A stretch of DNA of 64,000 bases from Octopus sinensis (taxonomy: Eukaryota): assembly GCF_006345805.1 (NCBI RefSeq), contig NC_043002.1, positions 55,552,001 to 55,616,000 of the forward strand. Direction: 5' to 3'. The first letter of the stretch is position 1; every line of letters begins with the position of its first letter. The translations under genes were made by a program, and so were the position numbers. The notes under the pieces are model-generated. The model was not told the DNA's origin and did no database searches. It saw only the letters and a list, made by a program, of their open reading frames with translations. Below are positions 29,271 through 43,187 of the stretch, piece by piece.

Positions 29271-30151
29271 GTTTAGATGTTTGTAATGAAGTTGCAATCT
29301 ACTCATTGAACAAAATCAAAAACACAAACTGAATATAAAATAAAATATTAACCCTTTAATGTTTCCATACAAAAATATAATTCGCATTTATATGATAAAT
29401 AATAGAAATAATGTTGGCGTATATGTGTGTGCGTGTGTGAGTATGCAGGGAAGTCTTACTAGTATAATGCATAGGAGTATAATGTATATATTATAATAAA
29501 GATTAAAAAATAGGAAATGAAATCGGAAAATAAATAATTTATACAATGAATTAAATGACATAGATATAGGTACGTATATATAAATATATAAATATAGATA
29601 AATATAGGTATGTATATATGAAAAATATATATAGATTGATGCGCCACAGTCCCATTGGTGTAATACCAATAACATCGATATAACACGATATTAAATAGAA
29701 ATATTTATTTAATAAAGGAGAAATATATATATTATTTACGATTATAAATGTGATAAGAAAATATAAGATCAAAATTAATGGAAATATTGGTATTTAACGA
29801 TTAATATAATCGTCGATATGATTATTAAGTGGTGAAGCTAAAACACATCTACATAATTGAAACGATACACTTGTATCTGATTTTTCTCTAACTGAGATTG
29901 GTTCCAGAAGTATTATAACAGGAATTAATTACATAAAGGATTCTAGAGTATTTTGAATGTGGTTTATATTTTCATGAAGTGTATGGAGTGTAATTATAGT
30001 AAACCATCGCTGCTGGATTATTGGCACATCGACCGGTAGCAAAAGACTGTCATCCACTCGACATTTTGTTTAATGTTTGAAAATATCTGAAATATATGAA
30101 AAGATTATGGTAAATTAGAGATAAATATTAATATTAATACACGCACAAATA

Positions 30152-30210
<59 letters not shown>

Positions 30211-31729
30211 CTCACACACAAATGCAAACACACACACACGCTCACACATGCAATGGCAGCTGCCAACGGAGTTCTCAGTCCACACAGTACCAAGCTATAT
30301 ATATATATATATCCAAAGGAAACCCTACGTGGTGGGGATCTAAACATGGTCAATGTAGCTATTTCCCCCTACATTCAATACTATAGAGACATTTACACGC
30401 ACATATTATATATCACATTTACTAATACTAACAATATACGCACACATCTTATATACGAATTTACTACTAATAATTATATAGACACATAGGCACACACACG
30501 TATATATTACGTATAACGTTTTGATAGACTAGGTTATATTGTTAAATTAGAACGGTTCAAAATTATTCAAATTGTAGTAATTCCTTCAAATAATTAGACA
30601 GTCTACGCTGGTTACAATTCTACGCATTGTTGTCTACATCATATAAGTGAGGAAAGTGTGCAGAACGTAAGCTGATTAACGTCTGCACGAAGTATTTTAC
30701 GACAGAAATCTTAGAAACCTTGAAGAGAGGTATTTTGTAATCTTTTAGTAGTCATGAAACACAAGAATACTTTGAAAGAATGCTTCGAAATGAGTATCTA
30801 TTACTCCGAGGGAATCTAAAGAATAGCACTTTTGATCTTTGACAACAGTTTCTGTAAATAAACTGACCATATTTTCCTGGATCAGTTCTATGAGATATAT
30901 ATTTAATATATTCCGATAAACATGAGGATATTTTGATGCTGTTTTACTGAACAGGGAATTTATCTACATTAATTTTACGTGAGGATATAAAAGAGAAATC
31001 GCGTGAATATTCATCTAGGAAAATATATTACGATAATAATACTTACCGGTGATTCCAGAAAAAGTATCGTATCAACCAGGTAAGAAAGTTTTTGTTTTAA
31101 GTAACAATAAAATATGGCATCAGATGTGGGAGTGAGTTTAGAACAGGCAGCGGGATAATAACACTCTGTCTGTATACGTTTGGCAGGGGCACACAGCTGG
31201 TCATATTCTTTTTCCGTCTGATTCTTCAACACAGTAACATATTGACTGAGGGTTGCAGACATATTGGATAGAGCAATCTGTAATAAAGAATTGTGAGAAG
31301 CTTGAATTTTATTCGACACTAATTGAGATTTCTTATAAAATATAGAATCGAGTTTAGATAGAAAGTGTATAAATATTTTTTTTAAATGTGTTTGATAATA
31401 TGTCCATACCTTGACTAAATCTGTCTGCGCGATGGTGATATTGTCTTGAATGGAGAGCTGAGGGAATGTAAGTTCCGTCTGGTTGAGTAGCATATGAATA
31501 AAGTGAGGATAGCTTACTGCAGATGCCATTGGAGTGTTGTGGCGCTGTAGAAAAACACGTGACATATTATGAGTCTGAGATTTGGACAGATATTAGAAAA
31601 CAACTGAGTAGAAGTTCGTTTACTCTAAACTAGTCGTTATAAATACTGATCTTTATGAAAACTTTATTAATCAGTATGTGAGTAGTATTTTAAGTAATAT
31701 ATTATTGGAGAGGCATAACAAAAAGGATA

Positions 31730-31737
31730 ATAATATA

Positions 31738-31803
<66 letters not shown>

Positions 31804-32024
31804 TAATAATGATAATAATAATAACAACAGCAACAATAATAATAATAATAATAACAACAGCAACAACAACAATAATAATAAGAATAACAAAAACAGCAAC
31901 AACAACAACAACAAAAAGAATAATAATAATAATAATAATATAATAATAATAATAATAACAGCAACAACAACAACAACAATAAGAAGAAGAATAACAAAAA
32001 CAGCAACAACAACAAACACAAAAA

Positions 32025-32099
<75 letters not shown>
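31730..32099. repeat. (TAA)n/(CAA)n array in copy C intron 2
   Basis: Directly visible; it is the source of the poly-I/L/Y ORFs. Confidence 0.95.
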
Positions 32100-32102
<3 letters not shown>

Positions 32103-33665
32103 GAACAAACATACAAATATTTAGGGATAAACAAGAACAAACATACAAATATTTAGGGATAAATGAAGGCTCTGGTATTCAGCATGCAAGCATGAAAGAG
32201 AAAATCAGGAAGGAATGTTATAGGAGAGTTCGTGCAGTCCTGAAATCTGAACTAAATGCACGTAACAAGGTGTTAGCTATAAATTCCTTAGCAGTTCCAG
32301 TTGTTACTTATAGCTACAATGTGTTGAACTGGAATATGAGTGAAGTAAAGAATATAGATAGAAAAATACGCAAGCTGCTGAGTTGTAATAGGATGCACCA
32401 CCCAAAGGCAGACGTAGATCGCCTTTACCTTCCCAGAGCCCAAGGAGGTCGAGGCCTGATCCAATTTGAACTAGCTTACAAAACAACCACAATTGGACTG
32501 GCCAAATATCTCGAAATATCGAATGACTGGATGCTAAAGCTCGTGGAAAATCACGAGAGACGAAAGAAGCTTCATTCTATCATAAAGGAAAGCAAAAAAT
32601 TTGCTATTGATCTCGTGCAGGATACCCAAACTGAACAACCCGAGGGAAGTACGGCAACTATTGTTGCAAAGAAGGTGAAAATGATGGCAATGAAGAAAGC
32701 GCACGAGCAATTGGCTGATAGGTGGGAGGAGAAACCTCTGCACGGCAAATATGTGACCCACAGCAAACAAGCTGATGTTGACCAGAAGCAAACCCATCAG
32801 TGGCTACGGAGCTCAAGGCTAAAAGCAGAGAGCGAAGGTTTCATCCTGGCTGCTCAAGATCAAAGCCTATTAACCCGGAACTACCAGGCCAATGTGATGA
32901 AAAATGGAGCAGACCCAAAATGCCGATTCTGCAACGACATGATTGAAACAGTGGACCACCTAATCTCTGGATGTAAAGTCTTAGCACCAGTGGAGTATAA
33001 ATTAAGACATGACAGAGTTGGCCAATATCTACACTGGCTAATAAGTCGGCATTACAATATCAAAACTGCCGACAAGTGGTATAATCACCACCCTGAGGCT
33101 GTAACTGAAGGAGAAAATGTAACCATCCTGTGGGACTTTCCAGTACATACAGACCGAACCATCAAGGCCAATAAACCAGATATTGTTGTGAAAGACCAAA
33201 ACAATAAAGTTTGCTTATTGATCGACATGAGCATCCCCTGTGATCATAATATCTCAGCGAAAGAGTTTGACAAGCTCAGAAAATATAAAGACCTACTCAT
33301 TGAAATTGAGAAAATGTGGCATCTCAAGGCGGTTACAATACCAGTGACCGTAGGAGCACTAGGAATGATCAAGAAGGGAACCGAAAATTATATGAGAATG
33401 ATCCCTGGCTTACCATCCCTGCAAGAAGTGCAAAAGATTGTCTTAACTGGTACATCACACGTATTGAGAAGAGCATTGTCGATGTGAGAACTGTTGCTGC
33501 TCATGTATTTTAATTTAACTTTAAAAGAAAAATTTTTTTTTAATGAACGAACTACTGAGTTTGGTTTAATGGCCTACCAATGTATACTATGAGTTTCTTT
33601 GCCCTAGGAGTCGGGAAGACACTCGGCAAGAAATGGAAGCAAATTTGAAAGAAGAAAAGAAAAAA
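32100..33665 (+). mobile_element. 5'-truncated R4/Dong-clade non-LTR retrotransposon no. 1 (intact 431-aa C-terminal ORF with CCHC finger and restriction-like endonuclease)
   Basis: ORF 32192-33487: YKYLG upstream, LYLPRAQGGRGL, CRFC..ETVDHLISGC, RHD, KPDIVV..LIDMSIP..KYKDL. The 5' junction has a 32-nt tandem duplication. Flanked by (TAA)n on both sides. Confidence 0.9.
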
Positions 33666-33667
33666 AA

Positions 33668-33722
<55 letters not shown>

Positions 33723-33736
33723 TAATAATAATAATA

Positions 33737-33768
<32 letters not shown>

Positions 33769-33800
33769 TAATAATAATAATAATAATAAACAATAATAAT

Positions 33801-34562
33801 AGAAGCTCAGGACTCAAAGCAGAGACGGAGGGATTTTTAATTGCAGCACAAGACCAAAGCCTCCCCACCAGAAATTACCAAAAACATATAATGAAAAGAA
33901 ACATAAGTAACTGCAGAATATGTGGAGATGGACAAGAAACAATAAATCATATTATCTCTGGCTGCCCAGCCCTGGCTAAGAAGGCACGACAGAGTTGTGA
34001 CCTACATACACTGGAAGCTATGCCAACACTATGGAATAACAACAGAAAAAAGATGGTATAGGCACACACCAGAAAAGGTCACAGAAAACGAGAAAACATC
34101 CATACTCTGAGATATGCCTGTACACGCAGATAGAGAAATTAAGGCCAATACGCCAGATATAGTTGTCAGAGATCATGAAGAAAAAAAAATGCTTTTTAAT
34201 TGATGTATCAATACCAGCAGATGACAACGTTTCTCTAAAAGAAATTGAGAAACTTTCAAAATACAAAGACCTGGAAATAGAGGTACTTGAATGTGGAATC
34301 TAAAAACACAAACATTTCCTATCATAGTAGGCGCATTAGGTATGATTTAAAAATACTCAAACAAATACATAACAAAACCAAAGGACTTACAAATATTTAT
34401 AACATACAGAAAATTGCACTCCTGGGCACTGCACAAATCCTACGCAAGACATTTTCAATACAGTAACCATAAGAGCATCACAACAAACCCCTCACATACC
34501 CAGGCACACAGAGCTGCGCTCGGTAGTGAAGTGAAAGCACGTTATAAAAATAAAACTACTGA
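33801..34562 (+). mobile_element. 5'-truncated R4/Dong-like element no. 2 (different subfamily, frameshifted)
   Basis: RSSGLKAETEGFLIAAQDQS, CRICGDGQETINHIISGC, PDIVVRD. AATAAA before (TAA)n. Confidence 0.85.
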
Positions 34563-34571
34563 ATAATAATG

Positions 34572-34642
<71 letters not shown>

Positions 34643-34644
<2 letters not shown>

Positions 34645-37474
34645 TGAAAACTATACTTGATATTGATGCCACCATAGAAACCATCAAACAAAAGGTATCT
34701 GCCAAAGCTGCCCGCATAGCGAGGTATGAAAAGCGTGTTAGATTTTTCAAGGACAACAACATGTTCAAAAATAACACCAAGAATTTTTACAGGAAGATAG
34801 GAAAAACAGCGTTTACTGCAGGGTCTGTACCATCAAAAGAAGAAGTGCAGAGATTTTGGAATAAAATCTGGGCAGAAGAAAAAACACACAACGAAAAGGC
34901 CCCCTGGATTGACAGAATATCTACAGAACTGGACCCCTTAGAAGAGCAAAAGTGGGAGGGTGTCAAGGTAGAAGATATAAATCTGCTCTCAGGAGGTCAA
35001 GCAAATGGAAGTCTCCAGGAAAGGATAAAATTCCTAACTTCTGGCTGAATGCCTTCCCAGAGAGCCATGAACTGCTAACAGAACTGTACAATGATGTTTT
35101 GCAACACCCTAGTAGGATGCCTCCTTGGCTAGTTAATGGGTTACATTCCTGCTTCCAAAAAGTGAAGAAACAAATGAACCAAAAACTATAGACCCATAAC
35201 CTGCTTAACAACTATGTACAAAACACTAACATCTGTCCTGACGGAATATACCTATAGTTTTTTAACAGACAGCAGCATATTCCCTAATGAACAGAAAGGA
35301 TGTAAACGTGGATCCTACGGCTGTAAAGACCAACTACTCATCAATAAGAGGATCTTAGAAGATTGTCACAAACGACACAAAAACTTATCAATAGCCTGGA
35401 TAGACTATAAAAAGGCTTTTGATAGCCTACCACATAGCTGGATTAGGAAATGCCTTGAAATGTATAATAGCATAGCACCAACTCTGCGAAACTTCTTGAC
35501 TGTAAGTATGAGATCATGGAGAACCACACTAACTCTGAACAGTGACAGTGAATCCCTAAATGCTGGTGATGTAAAAATTTCGTGTGGCATTTTCCAGGGT
35601 GACTCACTGTCACCACTCCTCTTTTGTTTATCTTAATACCTCTCTCAAAGCTGCTCAATGACGCGCAGTACGGGTTAAAATGTTTGATAAAAATATAAAT
35701 CATCTCGTTTACAGGATGATTTAAAGCTTTTTGCAAAAAATGATCAACAACTCAAGGGCTTACTAGCGATAGTCAAACAATTCAGTGACGACATCAGAAT
35801 GCAATTCGGCCTCGATAAATGTGCAAAGGCTACCTTATCAAAGGAAAAAATGACAGAAACATCTAACGTTAACCTTGACCAACAGAATGTCATAAAAACT
35901 AGACCCAGCGGAGAGCTACAAGTACCTAGGGGTAATTGAAGGGAACGGAATAAGGCATTCAGAGATGAAGGAAAGGATCAGGAGAGAATGCTATCGAAGA
36001 GTGAGAGCAATACTCAAGACAGAGCTGAATGCAAGAAACAGGATCGAAGCAATCAATGCATTAGCTATACCAGTCGTGACTTACAGTTTCAATATTGTTA
36101 ACTGGTCAATTACTGAAATATGTCAGCTCGACAGAAAAATAAGGAACTGTTGACAATGCATAGAATGCACCACCCTAAGGCAGATACAGAACGACTCTAT
36201 CTGCCAAGAAAAGAGGGAGGCGTGGTCTTTTGCAACTGGCAATAACAATGAAGATTGCTACAATTGGCCTAGACACCTACCTGAAAAACTCTGAGGACTG
36301 GATGTTAAAACTTGTCTCAAAACATGAAAACAAGAAAGCATCATACTCAGTCACAAAACAGGCAAAGGAATATCTAAGTGAATTCCGAATACAACCAATT
36401 TCGGAATTAGAGATAGACATACAGAAACAAGCACAGAAAAAGCTAGGGGCATGAAAACCCGTGCCAAAACTGCGGCCTTAGATATTCTGAATAATAAATG
36501 GCAAAAAAACCTCTCTACGGCAAATACCCAAGAGAGCGAATAATGCAGATATCGACAAAGCCCTGACCCATCAATGGCTAATGGCCTCTGGCTTAAAATC
36601 TGAAACAGAGGGGTTTATCATAGCAGCTCAAGATCAATGCCTACCAACAAGAAACTACCAGGCAACATATTAAAGATCAGAAGCAGTCCAACGTGTCGTG
36701 TATGCAAGCAACAAAATGAAACCATTGACCATGTGGTCTCCAAGTGCAGTCTTCTAGCGCCTACAGAGTATCTCAACAGGCACGATAGAGCTGCACAATA
36801 TATTCACTGGGTAATCTGTAAAAACTGGATTTGCCCCATGAAAAAAACTGGTGGGAACACAAACCACCCCCAGTGCTTGAAAATGACCACATCTCACTCC
36901 TCTGGAACTTCACCATTCAAACTGACAGAAGATAGATGCAAATAGGCCAGACATCATATTGAAAGACTTCAAACAAGAACATGATGCCTCCTCATTGATA
37001 TGACTGTCCCAATCGATATAAACGTATCTGTCAGGACCTACCAAAAACTGAGCAAATATAAAGATCTTGAAATAGAAATCAGCAAATGTGGAAGCTGAAG
37101 ATTAAAACAATACCTGTTGTCATAGGTGCCCTGGGAATGATAGCAAAAGGGCTGATAGCTACCTAACTCAGATACCAGGAAACCCAAAAATGGCAGAAGT
37201 TCAAAAGATAGTGCTCATGGAACTGCTCATATCCTACGCAAAATACTCTCTATGTAACCTCAAGTTTAAAACAACCATAATTTTCGGTTTAAAAAAAAAA
37301 AAAAAAAAAAACTTTTTTTTTTTTAGACATTCATTAGTACAACATCCCCACCCCCCAAATATATGGCACACTAGGCATAACAACAACATGAACTTCCAAC
37401 CCTGTTGTCTCTTGAGGTCTCTGGGTGAGACTTGGAGCCAACTTGTGCAAATATAAAGCAAAAGTCAAACATAG
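34643..37474 (+). mobile_element. 5'-truncated R4/Dong-like element no. 3 with RT domain (many 1-nt frameshifts)
   Basis: KSPGKDKIPNFW, YRPITCLTTMYK, QKGCKRGSYGCKDQLLIN, WIDYKKAFDSLPHSW, GIFQGDSLSPLLF, DDLKLFA, CRVC..ETIDHVVSKC, RPDIIL. Ends in (TAA)n, followed by an extra 3'-end fragment at about 37500-37545. Confidence 0.9.
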
Positions 37475-38193
37475 AATAATAATAATAATAATAATAAACT
37501 TGTCCCTTGAGCCAACTTGTACAAATGCAAAGCAAAAGTCAAACAAAATAATGATAATAATATATGAAGAAATAATAGTGTAAACTTACAAAGGTGTGTA
37601 AAGTAGTGTTCACAGCTATTGAGGCCCTGCGAGCCATGTCCAGTTGAGCTTTTATATTACTTATTGGTATCGCTGTGGGTTTTATAGACGCTCCATGGAT
37701 GAATGAAATCCAGTCTGAGAGACATAGGACCAATATATATTGCCAGTCTACGGGAAAATGGGAAAAAATACCATTAAGGAACATTTGGAAGGAAAGGGAC
37801 ACATTGAAGGAATTGTTATTATTAAAAAGAAATGACTCAATAAGTCGCTGTTAGTTTTTCACGTGTAGTAAACAATGAGCTGAACATTTTGGAACTCAAT
37901 AAACGATATTCACAAATATTTAACATAGTTCCAGGAAATATAAACCATAAGTTCTTGTGTAGTGTGTTAAAGAGAAGTGAATAGATATTTGGCTGAGTGG
38001 AAGAAGGCCATGTTTTAAATGTTTTGTTGTGTTTTGTTCTACCATAGGAATTGGGTGCGATAATTAGATAATAGAAATAAAAACAATGCACTGCAATGTT
38101 GTATTCAGCAGTGATAAAAACAGAAATATTCACTTTAGGGAAACAGGCGATATTTTATATATCACAGGAAAGACGAAGCTATTTAAAACCACT

Positions 38194-38241
<48 letters not shown>

Positions 38242-38391
38242 AAGATGATGGATGGATGGATGGATGGATGGGTGGATGGATGGATGGACAAGGGACGGAC
38301 GGATGGATGGATGAATGGATCGATCGATCGATAGATAGATAGATGATAGATAGATAGATAGATAGATAGATAAACAGACAGACAGACAGAC

Positions 38392-38477
<86 letters not shown>

Positions 38478-38499
38478 ACAGACAGACAGACAGACAGAC

Positions 38500-38591
<92 letters not shown>

Positions 38592-38620
38592 CGATTGATA
38601 GATAGATAGATAGATAGATA

Positions 38621-40272
38621 AGTTTCTTTATTGGCCACACAGGGCTGCACACAGATGGGACAAGTTACAAGGTAGAGCTTCTCTTTTGGGGGAGAAAAAA
38701 AAAGGTGGCGTAGGTTTTCGATCAAAAGGGATCGTAAAAGGGAAAAAAGAACAAAAAAAAAGAAGCAAAAAAGAAAAGAAGAAAGAAAAAGGAAAAGAAA
38801 AAAGAAAAAAAGGAAAAAGAAAAGAAAAATGAAAAAAGAAGAAAAAAGAGGAAAAAAGGGGGAGAGGAAAAAGAACGATCAATAGGGATCGTGTATCAGA
38901 GTGTCATGATGTATGGTGTAAAGGGGAAAGCAAGTAAGGTTTATCCGTGGGAAGAAAAGCCTACGAAAACGACCACGGTAACCTCGGTCAATATTGTTAT
39001 ATGTTACCACATTTGTTTGCAAGTGGGTAACCCTCTGTTTTCAATTTCTGGGTTCATAGGATTATGCTCAAGGTGGCTTCGTCATTCATACGTGCCATCC
39101 TTGCTACATTCACCCATCTTTTTTTAAAACGTTCGCTAGACAAAACTTGCCTCTCTACTCTCACTTTCCTTTTCAAGTGGTACTTGAAGAAGTTGATGAG
39201 AGGTTGACCAGAGAGGAAAGTGTTTGTCTCTAATCCTTTCAGACGCGTCCACCAGATACATTCTTTCGCCATAGCCACAAGGATGATGAAAATAGCTCTT
39301 CCTTCCCGTTTGAAGGAAGGAGGCGTGACAATATTGACGATAGACTCAGCTGATAAACCGACTCGTCTCACACCTGACAGCAGTTATTCGACATAAGCCC
39401 ACAGGTCGGAAATTGTTGGACACTGCACGAGTGCGTGCAGAACGGTTTCGTCGCTCTGACCGCATCTCGGGCAAGTCGGCCCCATTTTCTCGAGCCGTGT
39501 CTGTAGAGCTTATCTCGAACGGGTAGCGCTTCTCGGTAGCACTGCCAGGCCAGGGATCTCTGGAAGTTGTCCATGGGCCCTGGCCCGAAAGTCGTCCCGA
39601 ACAGGCGGGTCAGGTATTCCTTGTCGACGTCCAGGTTCGCCCCGAGCTCGTCGTCGTACCTCCCCTCCACTAATAACCTATAGAATGCTTTGGTTGTGAT
39701 GGAGTCACTCAAGGTTGACCCAGGACGGCAGAGTTGCTTGAGAGCAACGCGACACTCGCGGTGCCATTCGCCGTTCCTCGGCCTCTTTCTGATCTACGAT
39801 TGCAGTTCGGTCATGGAGACGAGCTGCGGGAAAGCGTGCCTCACAAACGGCGACCACACCTGTTCACCGTCGTCTACGAAGAGCCTGAGATGTCGCAGTC
39901 TCAGCGCGTGTCTGCGCATCATCAACCACGGCATGCCCAGTCCGCCTTTTAACGGGTGTTGACAGCAAATGGATCGCCTGACCATACTTTCCACAAGAAG
40001 CGAAAGAGAATGCGTTCTAGTTTGATGATGGTAGGGTCGGGACAAGGCACGACGGTCAGGCGGTAGTAGATGACGGACGCGATGTACGTGTTCGCCACCT
40101 CCGCTCGACCTTTTAGGGACAGTTTCCTCTCGGCCCATTGCCGGGCGAGAGTGACCACCCTACTCGTTATCTCGTTTCAGTTCTTCTCCATTTGGAGGTC
40201 CGAACCGAACCAGACCCCGAGCAACTCGACCGGACCGTCGGTCCAGCGTCCCACAACGGAGGCGCTGGTGTA
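38621..40272 (-). mobile_element. 5'-truncated Tx1/L1-clade retrotransposon no. 1 flanked by (GATA)n
   Basis: Minus strand: LSLKGRAEVANTYIASVIYYRL, CQHPLKGGLGMPWL, AWQCYREALPVRDKL followed by a frameshifted C-terminal zinc-knuckle-like segment, and a 3' AATAAAGAAACT then (TATC)n. Confidence 0.8.
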
Positions 40273-40311
40273 AGATAGATAGATAGATAGATAGATAGTA
40301 GATAGATAGAT

Positions 40312-40370
<59 letters not shown>

Positions 40371-40371
<1 letters not shown>

Positions 40372-41963
40372 GTTTCTTTATTGGCCACACAGGGCTGCAC
40401 ACAGATGGGACAAATTACAAGGTAGAGCTTTTCTTTTGGGGGATGAAAAAAAAAACAAAAAACAAAAGAATCAAAAAAGAAGTGGCGTAGGTTTTCGATC
40501 AAAAGGGATCGTAAAAGGGAAAAAAGAAAAAAAAGAAAAAAAGGAAAAGAAACAGAAGAAAAGTAAAATGAAAAAAGTAGAAAAAAGAGGAAAAAAGGGG
40601 AAGAGGAACAAAAACGATCAATAGGGATCGTGTATCACAGTGTCATGATGTACAGTGTAAAGGGGGTGGTCTAACAGGGCTGAACACAGAGGGGACAAAT
40701 ACAAATGTAGAGCTTTTCTTTTCGAAAATGAAAAAAGAAAAAGATAAAAAAGGAACAAATATAAAATTTCGATCAAAAGGGATCGGGAAAAAACACGATT
40801 AAAACGATCGTGTATCACAGAAGAAATTTTTAAAAAGGCAGAAAGAAGATTAGGTTTATCCGTAGAACAAAAAGCCTACGGAAAAGACCACGGTAACCTC
40901 AGGCATTGCGGAAATAAATACATGATAGCAAAGTGCTCTCTCTTTTTACGATTTACAGGATCATGCTCAAAGTGGTTTCGTCGCTCGCACGCACCATTTT
41001 GCTACATTTACCCACCTTTTTTTTAAAACTTTCTCGAGACAAAACCTGCCTCTTCATTCTCACCTTCCTTTTCAAGTGGTACTTGAAAAAGTTGATGAGC
41101 GATTGGCCAGAGAGGTAAGTGCTTGTCTCTAATCCTTTCGCTCGAGTCCACCACACACATTCTTTCACCATGGCACCAGTACGATGAAGACTGCCTTGCC
41201 TTCCCGGTTGAGGGAAGGTAGCGGAGCAATTTTCACGATAGACTCGGCCGACAGGCGTACTCGTCCCACACCTGACAGCAGCCGTTCGGTAAAAGCCCAT
41301 AGGTCAAAAATGGACACTGCACGAGTGCGTACAGAACGGTTTCATCGCATCTCGGGCAAGTCGGTCCGGTGTGTCTCTAACCGTGCCTATAGAGCTTATC
41401 CCGTAATGCTTCTCGATAGCACTGCCAGGCCAGGGATCTTTGGTGATTGTCCATAAGTCCTGGCCCGAAAGATGTCCTGACCAGGCGGGTCAGGTGTTCC
41501 TCGCCGACGCCCAGATTCTGCACGAGAACCTCGTCACACCTTCTCTCCTCTAATACTCTATAGAACGCCTTTGTTTAATGAAGTCACACAAGTTTGGTCC
41601 CGGACGGCAGAGTTGCTTGAGAGCAACGCGACATTCGCGGTGCCATTCGCCTAGCCTCGGTCTTTGTTTGATCCACAGCTGTAGTTCGTCCAAGTAGACG
41701 AACTGCGGAAAGCGCGCCGCACAGAAGGCGACCACACCTGTTCACCGTCGTCTATGAAGCGCCGGAGATGTCGCAGTCTCAGTGCATGTCTGTGCATCAT
41801 CAACCACGGCATGCCTAGCCCTCCATTTAGTGAGTGTTGACAGCAAATGGATCGCTTAACCATGGAAACGCTTCCCTTCCACAGGAAGCGGAAGAGTATG
41901 CGTTCCAGTTTGGTGATGGTAGGGTCGGGACAAGGCACGACGGGCAGACGGTACTCGATGACG
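40371..41963 (-). mobile_element. Tx1/L1-clade retrotransposon no. 2 (composite: short 3' end 40371-40665 joined to a diverged subfamily copy 40666-41963), flanked by (GATA)n
   Basis: YRLPVVPCPDPTITKLERILFRFLWKG..CCQHSLNGGLGMPWLMMHRHALRLRHL; KECVWWTRAKGLET..LINFFKYHLKRKVR. Same 3' terminus as no. 1. Confidence 0.8.
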
Positions 41964-42058
<95 letters not shown>

Positions 42059-42522
42059 GGATAGATAAATACTACATACACGCATACATACATATTAATA
42101 TATATGTGTGTGAGTGTGCGTGTGTGTGTGTACATTTATGTATATATGTACATACGTGCACCAGTATATTTGTATGTACGTATATATGTATATATGTATA
42201 TATGTACGTATGTATATAATGCCGACTTCATACTTACAGTTATTCATTTTGTGTGATTTTCGTTATGAACAAGGTTTTAAGAGAAAGTCGGGTTATAGCT
42301 CCTCTGTTGGCTATGAAACTGTGTTCATTTAATGATTGACTATTGGTTTATATACCTTTCTTAGTAGATATAAGTTTCGATAGCCTCCATGAAAAAGTAG
42401 GAAGTCATCTGCTTCTCCTATCCATTGTGTAAATTTAGTTTACGAAAATTGTTAGCTTCCATCTTTGGCGGAAGTTGAAGCCTGTTCTAACATTTTACTT
42501 TCAGTGTGACAGAGATTTAGGT

Positions 42523-42531
42523 TTACGGGAA
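42523..42531 (-). promoter_or_regulatory. STAT-like TTCCCGTAA upstream of copy C
   Basis: The plus strand TTACGGGAA is homologous to B 10782-10790. Confidence 0.4.
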
Positions 42532-43187
42532 GAGGAAGGCTTTTATGAATGAACTATTTTTATCCCAGTATATAGGTCACAGTCCAATTGCTAGTAGGTT
42601 ACTTTCGCTTAACAGGGAATAACCGAGCGGGGAATAGTGCGTTACGGTTTCATGTTACAAATCGCTGTCACTATCGCTGTCCCCCAACGGATAACTGTGA
42701 AGAGTACGTTGATCTGTAGTTTGACTACATATATTAAATACTAGCAGTAATACACATCGTTTGTCGGGTAATTAGATAAACTAGCAGAGATACCCGCGTT
42801 CACCGGGATTAAAATGGCATAGTTTTTTTTATTGTTTTAGTTGTATCGGTCGTGTGATTGCGGCCGTGCCGGAGCACCGCCTTTAGTCGAGTGAATCGAC
42901 CCCACAATTTATTCTTTGTAAGCCTAGTACTTATGCTATCGCAGTGCTTCGCCAAACGGCTAACATGTGTGTGTGTGTGTGTATATATGTGTAAACAGAG
43001 TTGGCGGTTATAGTAAGCGACTAAGGGATAAAATATCCGTATATACTATCTGTATCCGTTACCTGTAATATTTCCGGATAATTGGTGTGCAGGCACACCA
43101 TACACATACATTGCAGATAACAAGAGGATAAACAAGAGTATATCAGGAACCAATGCAAATACACACACACACATATATACATATATA

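Larger units (their letters stand above)
29929..42247 (-). pseudogene. Copy C of the cytokine-like gene; exons 42238-42247, 37590-37747, 31410-31574, 31047-31277, 29929-30086; 1-nt deletion in exon 5; introns 1 and 2 expanded by retrotransposons
   Basis: All splice sites are GT-AG and homologous to B. Exon 5 is 158 nt (GTCGAGTGG versus GTCGAAGTGG at about 30056). Also an Asp in the signal-peptide core (LCLSDW) and loss of two Cys (QRHN, SYP). Intron 1 = 4490 nt, intron 2 = 6015 nt. Confidence 0.75.
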
